From a virus: a DNA stretch of 64,000 nt. This document shows, piece after piece, positions 18,981-28,069 of this stretch. The DNA lies in the IMG/VR virus record IMGVR_UViG_3300046779_001123, positions 9,972 to 73,971 of that record. The stretch is one strand, 5' to 3'. The position numbers and the translations under genes were made by a program. Numbering within the stretch: the first letter of the stretch is position 1; each line of letters starts with the position of its first letter. A model generated the notes under the pieces. The model was not told the DNA's origin. It did no database searches and saw only the letters and a program-made list of their open reading frames with translations.

Positions 18981-19818
18981 ACTCTTTTACTCTGCTCAAG
19001 GTGAAGGCCGTTTTGTTGGCGTTCCTTCAGTGTTCTTACGCACATTCGGATGCAATTTCACATGTTCTGGATTTGGCTGCAAGCCAGGCGAGAAGAGCAC
19101 AGAGGCGGACGAAGTTGCGAAGAATATCCATCTCTATAAGGATTTTACTAGCCTCCCGCTGGTTAATACTGGATGTGATTCCTACGCATCATGGCACCCT
19201 GCATTTAAGGATCTTAGCCCGACTATCGAAACCGCAGAGTTAGTCGATCAAATGCTAGCACTAACACCCAATCATCGTTGGGTGCAGGACAATGGCAACG
19301 ACGTGCATTTGGTGATCACCGGAGGCGAACCATTGCTGGGTTGGCAACGTGCATACACAGAACTCTTAAGTCACGAACGCATGGCAGACCTGCGTAATAT
19401 TACATTTGAAACAAATGGCACTCAAACGCTACAAGGAAAGTTCATCGACTACTTGCTGGATTGGAGTGAAATTGCTGGAAATGAAATTACATTCTCAGTA
19501 AGTCCTAAACTAAGTGCATCAGGCGAGAAGTGGGAAGAAGCAATTCGTCCTGAGATTGTTCGCATGTATCAAGACTATGGCTTTACATATTTGAAGTTTG
19601 TTGTAGAAACAGAACAACACTTTGAAGAAGTAGACAAGGCTGTTGGTCAATATCGTGCTGTTGGATTTAATGGTCCAGTATTTGTAATGCCACAAGGTGG
19701 TGTTGTCACTCCTTATGCACAGAATCGTGTTCGAGTAGCAGACTGGGCACTAAGCAAAGGATACAATTACAGTCCACGTTTACACGTTGACCTGTGGGGC
19801 AATGGTTGGGGAAAATAA
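18961..19818 (+). CDS. queE: 7-carboxy-7-deazaguanine synthase-like radical SAM enzyme
   Basis: SAQGEGRFVGVPSVFLRTFGCNFTCSGFGC resembles the QueE N-terminal Cys cluster. Confidence 0.6.
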   Translation: MKLKISELFYSAQGEGRFVGVPSVFLRTFGCNFTCSGFGCKPGEKSTEADEVAKNIHLYKDFTSLPLVNTGCDSYASWHPAFKDLSPTIETAELVDQMLALTPNHRWVQDNGNDVHLVITGGEPLLGWQRAYTELLSHERMADLRNITFETNGTQTLQGKFIDYLLDWSEIAGNEITFSVSPKLSASGEKWEEAIRPEIVRMYQDYGFTYLKFVVETEQHFEEVDKAVGQYRAVGFNGPVFVMPQGGVVTPYAQNRVRVADWALSKGYNYSPRLHVDLWGNGWGK

Positions 19819-20615
19819 TGAAATTACACGCACAAATTACAAAATGGATCAAGGACTACGCTAAGAAAGCAAAAGTCAGCACACTAGTTGTTGGTATCTC
19901 GGGAGGTATCGATAGTTCTGTTGTCAGCGCTCTGTGTGCTAAAACTGGAATGAAAACTATTGTTGTTCAAATGCCTATTCGTCAAGACAAGAAACTAGAC
20001 AAGCGCAGTTCTCTACACGCAACTTGGTTGCTTAATCGTTTCCCCGACAATGTGCATCACATGAGCATGGACTTAACTCCAGTGTTTGCTGCTTTTGAAA
20101 AGAAAGTGGATCCTTTCTGTGATATTGCGGATGATTCTTACGAAACATATCGACTAGCCAGTGCTAACAGCCGTAGTCGTTTACGCATGATGACGCTGTA
20201 TCAAATTGCACAATGTCATAACGGTATTGTTGTGGGCACAGGCAACAAGGTCGAAGACTTTGGTGTAGGTTTCTTTACTAAATATGGTGACGGTGGTGTA
20301 GATATCTCTCCAATCGGCGATTGCTTAAAAACTGAAGTGTGGGCAATTGCACGTGAACTAGGCATTGAACAAGAAATTATCGACGCTCCACCAACAGATG
20401 GTCTGTGGGACGATGGTCGCACAGACGAAAGTCAATTGGGTATGACTTACCCAGAATTAGAACATGCTATGGCACTGGACCAAGCTGACAATTGTGTTTG
20501 GGATCCATTGACTTTAACTAAAACCGAAAAGGCACAACTTAAAAAGTATCGCGAAATTCGTGCTAGAAATATGCATAAGATGAATCCTATTCCAGTGTTT
20601 AAGAAGGGAAAGTAA
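19818..20615 (+). CDS. nadE: NH3-dependent NAD+ synthetase-type PP-loop amidoligase
   Basis: GISGGIDSSV PP-loop; VVGTGNKVEDFGVGFFTKYGDGGVDISPIG matches the NadE signature; start overlaps queE stop (TAATG). Confidence 0.75.
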   Translation: MKLHAQITKWIKDYAKKAKVSTLVVGISGGIDSSVVSALCAKTGMKTIVVQMPIRQDKKLDKRSSLHATWLLNRFPDNVHHMSMDLTPVFAAFEKKVDPFCDIADDSYETYRLASANSRSRLRMMTLYQIAQCHNGIVVGTGNKVEDFGVGFFTKYGDGGVDISPIGDCLKTEVWAIARELGIEQEIIDAPPTDGLWDDGRTDESQLGMTYPELEHAMALDQADNCVWDPLTLTKTEKAQLKKYREIRARNMHKMNPIPVFKKGK

Positions 20616-20616
20616 C

Positions 20617-21000
20617 ATGGGACTGTTTGATAGATTTAAGAAGAAAAAGGAAGAGCCCAAAGTAGTGGATCTTCCTAAACCAAAGAAAAAAACAGAAAAG
20701 GAAATTGCCACAGAGCGGGGCGAGCCCTGGGTTCAAGTTCTGCGTATAGATATCGACCCTAACAACTTGCACCAGGGTGCATTTGAGCTAGATTGGAATG
20801 ATAAGTTTGTTTCCAACCTAATTCGCGCCGGATATCAAATGAAGCCCGATGACACAGATGCCGACATTGTAGATCGTTGGTTTCAAAATGTTTGTAGACA
20901 CGTTGTCATGGAAACTTGGGAACAAGAAGAAGCCATGCGCAATAGTGGTATCTATGTAAAGACCACGGACCTAGGCAACGGTCGCAAAGAAGTCAGCTGA
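20617..21000 (+). CDS. Hypothetical protein (lysine-rich N-terminus)
   Basis: ORF with AAGGGA RBS. Confidence 0.4.
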   Translation: MGLFDRFKKKKEEPKVVDLPKPKKKTEKEIATERGEPWVQVLRIDIDPNNLHQGAFELDWNDKFVSNLIRAGYQMKPDDTDADIVDRWFQNVCRHVVMETWEQEEAMRNSGIYVKTTDLGNGRKEVS

Positions 21001-21299
21001 TGACACTTGTTAGCATTGATGGCATCCTTCAAATTCCCGGTGTAGATTATCACTTGGGCAAGGATAGCATTTCATTTTCACAGCCGCCGCACACAGGAGC
21101 ATCAATAACATTAATGAATGATACTGGTGTTTTCTTAAATCTAAGGGCGGATGGATCAACTTATTTGTTTAGATACATTGATGAAGAATCGTCAAAGATT
21201 ACCGAAATGTTGGAACAAGCATTTAAACACAGAGATGTTCCGGCAGTGGCAGATATGTTGGATCAACTTAAGGTAGTCGTTGAACTAGTAAAACAATAA
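21000..21299 (+). CDS. Hypothetical protein
   Basis: ATGA overlap with the upstream ORF. Confidence 0.35.
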   Translation: MTLVSIDGILQIPGVDYHLGKDSISFSQPPHTGASITLMNDTGVFLNLRADGSTYLFRYIDEESSKITEMLEQAFKHRDVPAVADMLDQLKVVVELVKQ

Positions 21300-21964
21300 T
21301 GACAATTTTATATGTAAACGGCGACAGTTATTCTGCCCTATCTACAAAGTTCAAAGTATACAGTGAAATACTAGGAGAAAAATTATCAGTTCCTGTGGTC
21401 AACGAGGCAATGCCCGGATCATCCAATGACAGAATTTTTAGAACTACTCTAGAATACGTTGCAACATTGAGCCCAGATACAAACCCATTTATTGTTATAG
21501 GGTTTAGTTTCATTACTAGAGAAGAGATCTGGATCGACAATATTGCCAAGTATAAGAATCGAATAAAAGATTATCCTACATCTCAATTTATTTCCGCAGG
21601 ATGGCTAGAATCAACAGACATCAACGAATCTATTCAACATTTAATTATAGATCAAAATATAAACAAGCAGACTGTAAATTTTTATACTAAATTGTATATG
21701 TTGACTAGCTTATTAAAAGGGTTAAGCATACCTTATTTTATGTTTTCCGCCGCAAGAAATACTGATTATAAAAACTTAAATCATGACAGTTTAAATAACC
21801 TATCGATGTATCAAAAAATTTGTCAAGATTCTAATATACTCAATTTTCAAACTTTCAACATACCTCAATGGGCAAACGATAACAATATCAAAACCACAGG
21901 TAGCGGTCATCTATTAGAAGATGGGCATATCAAATTCGCTGAATACCTCCAAACTAAAATATGA
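21299..21964 (+). CDS. SGNH/GDSL-hydrolase-like protein (paralog 1)
   Basis: N-terminal YVNGDSYS GDS(x) block; AT-rich. Confidence 0.5.
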   Translation: MTILYVNGDSYSALSTKFKVYSEILGEKLSVPVVNEAMPGSSNDRIFRTTLEYVATLSPDTNPFIVIGFSFITREEIWIDNIAKYKNRIKDYPTSQFISAGWLESTDINESIQHLIIDQNINKQTVNFYTKLYMLTSLLKGLSIPYFMFSAARNTDYKNLNHDSLNNLSMYQKICQDSNILNFQTFNIPQWANDNNIKTTGSGHLLEDGHIKFAEYLQTKI

Positions 21965-22662
21965 TACTATACGTTAACGGCGACAGCCATACTGCCGCAG
22001 CTGAAGCGGTAAACCATCATGCGTTCGCCATGGATGATGGCGACTTGTTTTATCTCGGGCGTTCGCCACATCCTGCCAACTTGGCTGTGAGTTGGGGCAA
22101 ATGTCTAAGTCAATCACTGAAAACCAGTTTTCATTGTGGCGCCGAAAGTGCTAGTTCAAATCAACGTATTTTAAGAACAACAAAGGAATGGTTAGCACAA
22201 CCTCGCAACCAAGACGCTTTTGTAATCATACAATGGTCTACATGGGAACGCGAAGAGTGGCAAGACCAAGATGGAACATACTTTCAAGTCAATGCAAGCG
22301 GCATAGACGATGTGCCCGATAGCATGAAACTACGATACCAGAACTTTGTAATTGACGTAGACTGGCGTGCTTGCACCCAAATGTGGCATGACAAGATTTG
22401 GGAATTCCACCAAGAACTTGAAGCCCAAGGTATTCCACATATCTTCTTCAATGGCAACAGTCATTTTGAAAGCATCCAAAATCGCCATGATTGGGGCACA
22501 AGCTACATTGACCCTTACGGCACAAACAGCACTTACGATGCAATCTTAAAACAAAATAATTACCAAACTGTTGCGCCCGAATCGTGGCATTTTGGACCAG
22601 AAGCCCATAGCTTTTGGGCAAATTATATGTTACAATACATTGTTCGTAACCAGTTAATCTAA
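21961..22662 (+). CDS. SGNH/GDSL-hydrolase-like protein (paralog 2)
   Basis: N-terminal LYVNGDSHT; paralogous to 21299 and 35582. Confidence 0.5.
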   Translation: MILYVNGDSHTAAAEAVNHHAFAMDDGDLFYLGRSPHPANLAVSWGKCLSQSLKTSFHCGAESASSNQRILRTTKEWLAQPRNQDAFVIIQWSTWEREEWQDQDGTYFQVNASGIDDVPDSMKLRYQNFVIDVDWRACTQMWHDKIWEFHQELEAQGIPHIFFNGNSHFESIQNRHDWGTSYIDPYGTNSTYDAILKQNNYQTVAPESWHFGPEAHSFWANYMLQYIVRNQLI

Positions 22663-22670
22663 GGCCACAA

Positions 22671-23726
22671 ATGAAATATGTGTTAATTGACACAAGCAAT
22701 ATGTTTTTCCGTGCTCGGCATTCAGCACATCGCGCAAGCGACACATGGACTAAACTAGGTTTTTCCCTGCAAGTTACTATGATGAGTGCAAACAAAGTGG
22801 CCCGCAAGTTTGGCGCAGATCACATGGTTTTTGCACTAGAAGGTCGTAGCTGGCGCAAAGATGCATACAAACCTTACAAAGCCAATCGTGCCGTTGCCCG
22901 TGCTGCAATGAACGAAACTGAAGCAGAAGAAGATACCCTGTTTTGGGAAACGTATGACGAACTGACTAAATACTTGTCTACAAAAACCAACTGTAGTGTT
23001 ATTCGTTGTGCCACAGCAGAAGCAGATGATGTCATTGCACGTTGGATTGCTTTACACCCCCAAGACGAACATGTTATTGTAAGTTCAGATTCAGATTTTG
23101 TGCAATTAGTTGCACCCAACGTCAGTCTCTATAATGGTATTACCGATCAACTGTTTACGCCAGACGGGGTAAAAGATGACAAAGGTCGTTCATTGAAGTT
23201 CACAGTTAAAAGCGATAGCAAGCTCAAGGTCGAGAAACACGATCCTGAATTTGTTGCACAAGAAGATTGGCATAAGTGGGCATTGTTCTTAAAATGTATC
23301 CGTGGTGATACAGGCGACAATGTGTTTTCTGCTTATCCAGGTGCTCCTATCAAAGGCAGCAAGAACCGTGTTGGCTTAACTGAAGCGTTTGAAGATCGTG
23401 ACAAAAAAGGATATTCTTGGAACAATCTCATGTTGCAACGTTGGACCGACCACAATGAACAAGAACACAAGGTGCTGGATGATTACGAACGCAATCGCAC
23501 ATTGATCGATCTTACTTGTCAGCCCGATGACATTAAAGCAACTGTAGATGCAGCCATTCGTGAGCAAGTAAGTCATCGCGATGTTGGTCAAGTTGGCATG
23601 CATTTTCTCAAGTTCTGTGGCAAATACGAGCTTAACAAACTAAGTGAATTTGCTGATCCAATTAGTCGTTGGATGAATGAAACATACAAAGGAGTATTAG
23701 ATGATAATAGCCAAACCAGTAGTTGA
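22671..23726 (+). CDS. rnh: RNase H / 5'-3' flap endonuclease (T4 rnh-like)
   Basis: EADDVIARWIALHPQDEHVIVSSDSDFVQL ~ T4 RNase H EADDHIAVLV...ILIISSDGDFTQL. Confidence 0.8.
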   Translation: MKYVLIDTSNMFFRARHSAHRASDTWTKLGFSLQVTMMSANKVARKFGADHMVFALEGRSWRKDAYKPYKANRAVARAAMNETEAEEDTLFWETYDELTKYLSTKTNCSVIRCATAEADDVIARWIALHPQDEHVIVSSDSDFVQLVAPNVSLYNGITDQLFTPDGVKDDKGRSLKFTVKSDSKLKVEKHDPEFVAQEDWHKWALFLKCIRGDTGDNVFSAYPGAPIKGSKNRVGLTEAFEDRDKKGYSWNNLMLQRWTDHNEQEHKVLDDYERNRTLIDLTCQPDDIKATVDAAIREQVSHRDVGQVGMHFLKFCGKYELNKLSEFADPISRWMNETYKGVLDDNSQTSS

Positions 23727-24156
23727 TAAACAGTTTTGGATTCTTCAACAAAACGATGAAAAAATCGGCAACGTTGAAGCTTGTCAAGATGGTGGATTTC
23801 AAGTTCGCCTTAACGATACTGTTCAACAATATAAGACCATTAGAATGGTAACTCAATTACACGATATTGTGTTTGAGCCGCCAGTTAAAACAAAAAAGAA
23901 ATCTTCTGGTAACGATGTTCATGGCTACGAAGCCCATGGCCGAGTTTACAATCCTGTATGGGACGTAAAACATCGATTGCCGTTGTTCACCAAAGATAAC
24001 AAAAGCAAATCGTGGTTTGCTGCAGGATGGTATCAAGTTCAAAGAGGCAAGCACTGGCGCACAGTGCAAGATCCTAAACTAATCACACTACAGCGTTACA
24101 AATACCACGGTCCATTTCATACCAAAGAGGAAGCCAATGACCAATCCATTTCGTGA
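23701..24156 (+). CDS. Hypothetical protein
   Basis: 151-aa ORF. Confidence 0.4.
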   Translation: MIIAKPVVDKQFWILQQNDEKIGNVEACQDGGFQVRLNDTVQQYKTIRMVTQLHDIVFEPPVKTKKKSSGNDVHGYEAHGRVYNPVWDVKHRLPLFTKDNKSKSWFAAGWYQVQRGKHWRTVQDPKLITLQRYKYHGPFHTKEEANDQSIS

Positions 24157-24502
24157 TCAAGAAAAATTTATGCAAGCATGTGGACAGACCACACTAGGTG
24201 AGAACATAGAACAATACAAACTATACTATGATCTTATTAAAGAAGAAGTTCAGGAGCTGGATGATTCCACCACAATGAAAGATGACCTCGATGCGCTAAT
24301 TGATATTCTTGTTGTTACCATTGGTGCTATTCATTCAATGGGCGCAGATGCAGAAGGTGCGTGGAAAGAAGTCATGCGAACTAACTTTGCTAAGATCGAT
24401 AAAGAAACTGGCAAAGTGCGCAAAAGAGAAGATGGCAAAGTGTTAAAACCCTTGGGTTGGACTCCACCTGAGCTAGGACCATTCCTTACTAAAAAGCAAT
24501 GA
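24137..24502 (+). CDS. MazG-like all-alpha NTP pyrophosphohydrolase
   Basis: ~120 aa; TLGENIEQ...EEVQELDD...DALIDILVV pattern. Confidence 0.5.
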   Translation: MTNPFRDQEKFMQACGQTTLGENIEQYKLYYDLIKEEVQELDDSTTMKDDLDALIDILVVTIGAIHSMGADAEGAWKEVMRTNFAKIDKETGKVRKREDGKVLKPLGWTPPELGPFLTKKQ

Positions 24503-24708
24503 TACATTTACAAAAATTCATTGATCGTGTGCAAGGCACCGAAGCTCGAGGATTAAAGGATCTTTCGATCCCTCTTAGTGACGCCAAGGCTATGTCAGCA
24601 GAATTAACACGCATTTTGTTGGATATGCAAACTCTTAGAGAACGTGCAGTTCAATCCACTACTAACGAAGTTATAACTGTGGAAATGCAAGGCGGCAGTT
24701 TTAAATAA
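24499..24708 (+). CDS. Hypothetical protein
   Basis: 69-aa ORF. Confidence 0.3.
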   Translation: MIHLQKFIDRVQGTEARGLKDLSIPLSDAKAMSAELTRILLDMQTLRERAVQSTTNEVITVEMQGGSFK

Positions 24709-24738
24709 ACTGCGCAGTTTTCTGTCATAAATATTTGT

Positions 24739-25032
24739 ATGAGTAGACCCAAGCCCACTGTTCTTGTTGAACTAACCAATAAAACAACTTACAAAAGCGA
24801 GCAAGTTCTTGCCAGCGAAGGTGTGTGGGCTGTGTTCTATGAAAACAAGCCTATTAATCTCAAAACATCAAACTTGTTGGTTCAATATCCCGGGCCCAAA
24901 TACAAAAAGGTCAGCTTTTCAAATCCCGGGCATGCCATTAACTTGGCCAAGAAGTTGAACACACAATTCAAAACAGACAAGTTCACTGTAGTGCTGTTGA
25001 CACAAGGTCAACAAATTTACCCAGGTGCGTGA
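24739..25032 (+). CDS. Hypothetical protein
   Basis: 97-aa ORF. Confidence 0.35.
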   Translation: MSRPKPTVLVELTNKTTYKSEQVLASEGVWAVFYENKPINLKTSNLLVQYPGPKYKKVSFSNPGHAINLAKKLNTQFKTDKFTVVLLTQGQQIYPGA

Positions 25033-25390
25033 CAAAATAGAACTCACCCGCCAACTGGTGGAACGATTGCCACCGGGCAGTTGGACAGTGGATCAAGCAA
25101 GAATAACATGGTGGTATAACTTTAGAGACGGTGGTGGCATGCGCCTGACCAAACAAGGTTACGATGCTCTTGTCAACGATTTGGAATTAGAATATTACGA
25201 ATTTACAATTCCCTCTACTGCCAAATTTACTTACGGCACTATACTTGCCCTGGACCAACGTTTACAAACTCCATATTATTTAGGTAGAGACCGGGGTAAG
25301 TTTGTTAAAATTGTATTCTTTGGCAGTAAGGAAGCTGTTTTGGTTAACCTATACGGTGACATTGAAAAGTTTTTGAATAATTACAATTGA
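25025..25390 (+). CDS. Hypothetical protein
   Basis: 121-aa ORF. Confidence 0.35.
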   Translation: MRDKIELTRQLVERLPPGSWTVDQARITWWYNFRDGGGMRLTKQGYDALVNDLELEYYEFTIPSTAKFTYGTILALDQRLQTPYYLGRDRGKFVKIVFFGSKEAVLVNLYGDIEKFLNNYN

Positions 25391-25415
25391 CTTTTTAAAA
25401 TTTTGATTGTATAAT
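25387..25415 (+). promoter_or_regulatory. Sigma70-like promoter before the first tRNA
   Basis: TTGACT-17-TGTATAAT. Confidence 0.5.
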
Positions 25416-25424
25416 ACAAATATC

Positions 25425-25496
25425 GGGGCTATAGCTTAATGGTAAAGCAGTGAACTCATAATTCATTGAGTCTAGGTTCAATTCCTAGTGGCCCTA
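25425..25496 (+). tRNA. tRNA anticodon CAT (Met, fMet or Ile2)
   Basis: Cloverleaf with acceptor GGGGCTA, loop CTCATAA, T-arm CTAGGTTCAATTCCTAG, CCA encoded. Confidence 0.7.
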
Positions 25497-25541
25497 CCAT
25501 TTTCCACGGTTAGAGATAAATACTCTAACCAGGAGAATATT

Positions 25542-25898
25542 ATGAAAGAATATGTTTGTAAAGATTGCGGCATCGAAGGATCTGAGCATTTTTATGCCAA
25601 GGGGTATAGATATCAGTGTAAAAAGTGTTGGAACAAAAGAACTTATCAAGTTGCAAGAGACAAACTAGACAAACTAATTGTAGAACGAGGCGGAAAGTGC
25701 GAGCGTTGCGGCTACGATAAATGCTTTTCAGCATTACAATGGCACCACAACGATCCTACCGAAAAAGAATTTGGTATCAGCGGACGCAGAGGTGCATCAA
25801 TAGATATTCTTCGTAAAGAAGTAGAAAAATGCAGTCTATTATGTGCTAACTGCCATGCAGAAGTCCACGACGAAATATACAAGAATTCATTGCTATGA
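25542..25898 (+). CDS. HNH endonuclease
   Basis: CKDCG...CKKCW zinc ribbon then LQWHHNDP...LLCANCHAEVH; AGGAG RBS. Confidence 0.7.
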   Translation: MKEYVCKDCGIEGSEHFYAKGYRYQCKKCWNKRTYQVARDKLDKLIVERGGKCERCGYDKCFSALQWHHNDPTEKEFGISGRRGASIDILRKEVEKCSLLCANCHAEVHDEIYKNSLL

Positions 25899-26269
25899 AA
25901 GTTACCGAAGATCAGTTTCGTTATGAATGGTTCTCTGGCACAGGCAAAGGAGGACAGCATCGCAACAAGCATCAAAATTGTTGCCGCTGTATCCACGAGC
26001 CCACTGGAATAAGTGCCAACGGAACCAACAGTCGCAGTCGCGAGGACAACAAGGCCGCAGCTTATTCGACTTGTCGTAGTCGTGTGTTGGCACATTTTCA
26101 CAAAGATAAAGATCGATTTCAAGCAGGTCAAGAACGCATTAGAACATATCACGAACCCGATAATCGTGTAGTGGATCACGCCAGCAACTTTGTTGACACA
26201 TACACAAATGTCATTGTCAAAGGCAATGCCGATGATGTAATACAGGCAAGAGCCAAGGCAGTTAGATAA
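25895..26269 (+). CDS. Peptide-chain-release-factor-like (RF-1 domain) GGQ protein, ArfB/PrfH-like peptidyl-tRNA hydrolase candidate
   Basis: FSGTGKGGQHRNK matches the GGQ hydrolase loop of class I RFs/ArfB. Confidence 0.55.
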   Translation: MKVTEDQFRYEWFSGTGKGGQHRNKHQNCCRCIHEPTGISANGTNSRSREDNKAAAYSTCRSRVLAHFHKDKDRFQAGQERIRTYHEPDNRVVDHASNFVDTYTNVIVKGNADDVIQARAKAVR

Positions 26270-26270
26270 T

Positions 26271-26816
26271 ATGAATCGCAGTCCCGAACGCAATACTTTT
26301 CAACTCAAATGCTATCTCGAACGCTGTGAAGCCGATGGCAAAGAACCTCGAGAGGACTATATCAACATATACAAGCAAGCCGACCAGCGTGATCTTGAGA
26401 ATGAAAAAGAAGCTGAGTGGAAGCTAAACAATCTTGAATACGATCTTCGTAGCAACAAGTGGATCTGCGACAAAGCCAAGGCCCGCGAAGCCTACGCACA
26501 AAACATCTACGCTGCCTTGTGCAATCAAGACTGGCAAAAGAACGATGTATGGCCGCTGCTGAAAGGTCAAACTTACTCTTGCTCTTGGCGCTATGCTGGG
26601 GGTATTGTAGCTGACATGGTCGAGTCGGGAGACTACATTGATTGGTATTGCTCGGGTATCAAGGGCGACTTAACGGAAGAGCAGATAGCATCAGCTCTAG
26701 AACAAGGCATGGACATTGTTAAGTATGTAGGCGAAGGGCATGTAACAGATGAAGTTCGTGAGGACTTTTTCAAATTAGGGTGGATTCCGGTAGAAAGCAA
26801 TAATGACAGCAATTAA
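26271..26816 (+). CDS. Hypothetical protein
   Basis: 181-aa ORF. Confidence 0.4.
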   Translation: MNRSPERNTFQLKCYLERCEADGKEPREDYINIYKQADQRDLENEKEAEWKLNNLEYDLRSNKWICDKAKAREAYAQNIYAALCNQDWQKNDVWPLLKGQTYSCSWRYAGGIVADMVESGDYIDWYCSGIKGDLTEEQIASALEQGMDIVKYVGEGHVTDEVREDFFKLGWIPVESNNDSN

Positions 26817-27975
26817 TTATAACACTATTAAAAATAAAAAAATAGGATATTATGTAGTGCATGACCCGGCTGGTAAAGTAGCCTATAGTAATAAATCGCA
26901 AGCACTATTGCATGCATCAAAAACTAAATCACATGTTGAATGGAACTTCAACGAGGAAGCATTCAACAAAGTTAATTGGACCATAGAACCACCTGAGACA
27001 TTGTCTCAGTTATATTGTCAACGTGCATTACAACTAAGACAAACCTACGACTATCTAGTTCTAAATTACAGTGGCGGTAGCGATAGTAAAAATATTTTAG
27101 ATACCTTTTTAAATAACAATATTCATATAGATGAAATATTAATTCGTTGGCCCCGAAAAGGAACAGAAAAAATATATGTTCCTAATTCAATAGACTACGT
27201 CCCCGAAAATGTGTATAGCGAGTGGGATCTAGTAATGTTGCCCGATATTCAATGGATATCAACCCATCATCCGCAAATAAAAATTACAGTATGGGATTAC
27301 ACCGAAGAGGTAATAGATCTTTATAATGACATCGATTGGATCACAAGAGTCAATGGAGAGCACCTTAATCCTGCCCAAATTGGAAGATATGCAATGGGTA
27401 TGGACATGCATAAACGTGTGTTAGACAAAGGTTCAAAAGTTGCACACATTCATGGTCTTGACAAACCTCGTGTAGCACACGAAAACGGCAAATTTTACTG
27501 TTTCTTTTTAGACAGTGTTGCCAATCAATCCGGCATGGTGTATGATGACAGTGTTGATGTTATGAACACGCAAGAATTGTTTTACTGGACTCCGGACTTT
27601 CCAAAAATTATAGTAAAACAAGCACATATTGTTTCTAATTTTTTTAAATCCAATCCTTATCTTTTGCATTTGATTGCCAGAGGCTTTGTGCCTTACTCAA
27701 GTAGGACTGCGTATGAGATGATTATCAAGAGTCTCATTTACCCCACCTGGGACCCAAAAAGATTCCAGGCGCCTAAACCTAGTTCTGTATTTTACTGTGA
27801 ATACGACGAATGGTTCTTTAACGCATTTAAAGACACTGACATATTCGAAACTTGGAAACGTGGGTTAGAGTATGTTACAGATAATGTTGATTCTAAATAT
27901 TTAAATTTTAATAGGAATGGTAAGCCCAACGGGTTTTCTGGGTATGTGTCCACTCATTATGATTTAGGAATTTAA
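26803..27975 (+). CDS. PP-loop ATP pyrophosphatase superfamily protein (paralog 1; PAPS-reductase/TilS-like, function unknown)
   Basis: YDYLVLNYSGGSDSKNIL SGGxDS motif at ~residue 90; AT-rich; paralog of 50243. Confidence 0.5.
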   Translation: MTAINYNTIKNKKIGYYVVHDPAGKVAYSNKSQALLHASKTKSHVEWNFNEEAFNKVNWTIEPPETLSQLYCQRALQLRQTYDYLVLNYSGGSDSKNILDTFLNNNIHIDEILIRWPRKGTEKIYVPNSIDYVPENVYSEWDLVMLPDIQWISTHHPQIKITVWDYTEEVIDLYNDIDWITRVNGEHLNPAQIGRYAMGMDMHKRVLDKGSKVAHIHGLDKPRVAHENGKFYCFFLDSVANQSGMVYDDSVDVMNTQELFYWTPDFPKIIVKQAHIVSNFFKSNPYLLHLIARGFVPYSSRTAYEMIIKSLIYPTWDPKRFQAPKPSSVFYCEYDEWFFNAFKDTDIFETWKRGLEYVTDNVDSKYLNFNRNGKPNGFSGYVSTHYDLGI

Positions 27976-27997
27976 ATTATTTTCTTGGCCATTTTTC

Positions 27998-28026
27998 TTG
28001 ACATGAGACAAACCAGTATATATAAT
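27998..28026 (+). promoter_or_regulatory. Consensus sigma70 promoter (TTGACA-17-TATAAT)
   Basis: Perfect -35/-10 hexamers with 17-bp spacer upstream of the OMP gene. Confidence 0.65.
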
Positions 28027-28069
28027 TGTGACTGACTTAGGTCATTCTAACTTTTAAAAGGAAAAACAA

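Noticed and set aside
19794-20615. PP-loop ORF downstream of queE as QueC
   Set aside because: It lacks the QueC C-terminal Cys cluster and carries the NadE signature GFFTKYGDGGxDIxP. It is annotated as NadE-type, with the QueC-substitute idea kept only as a hypothesis.
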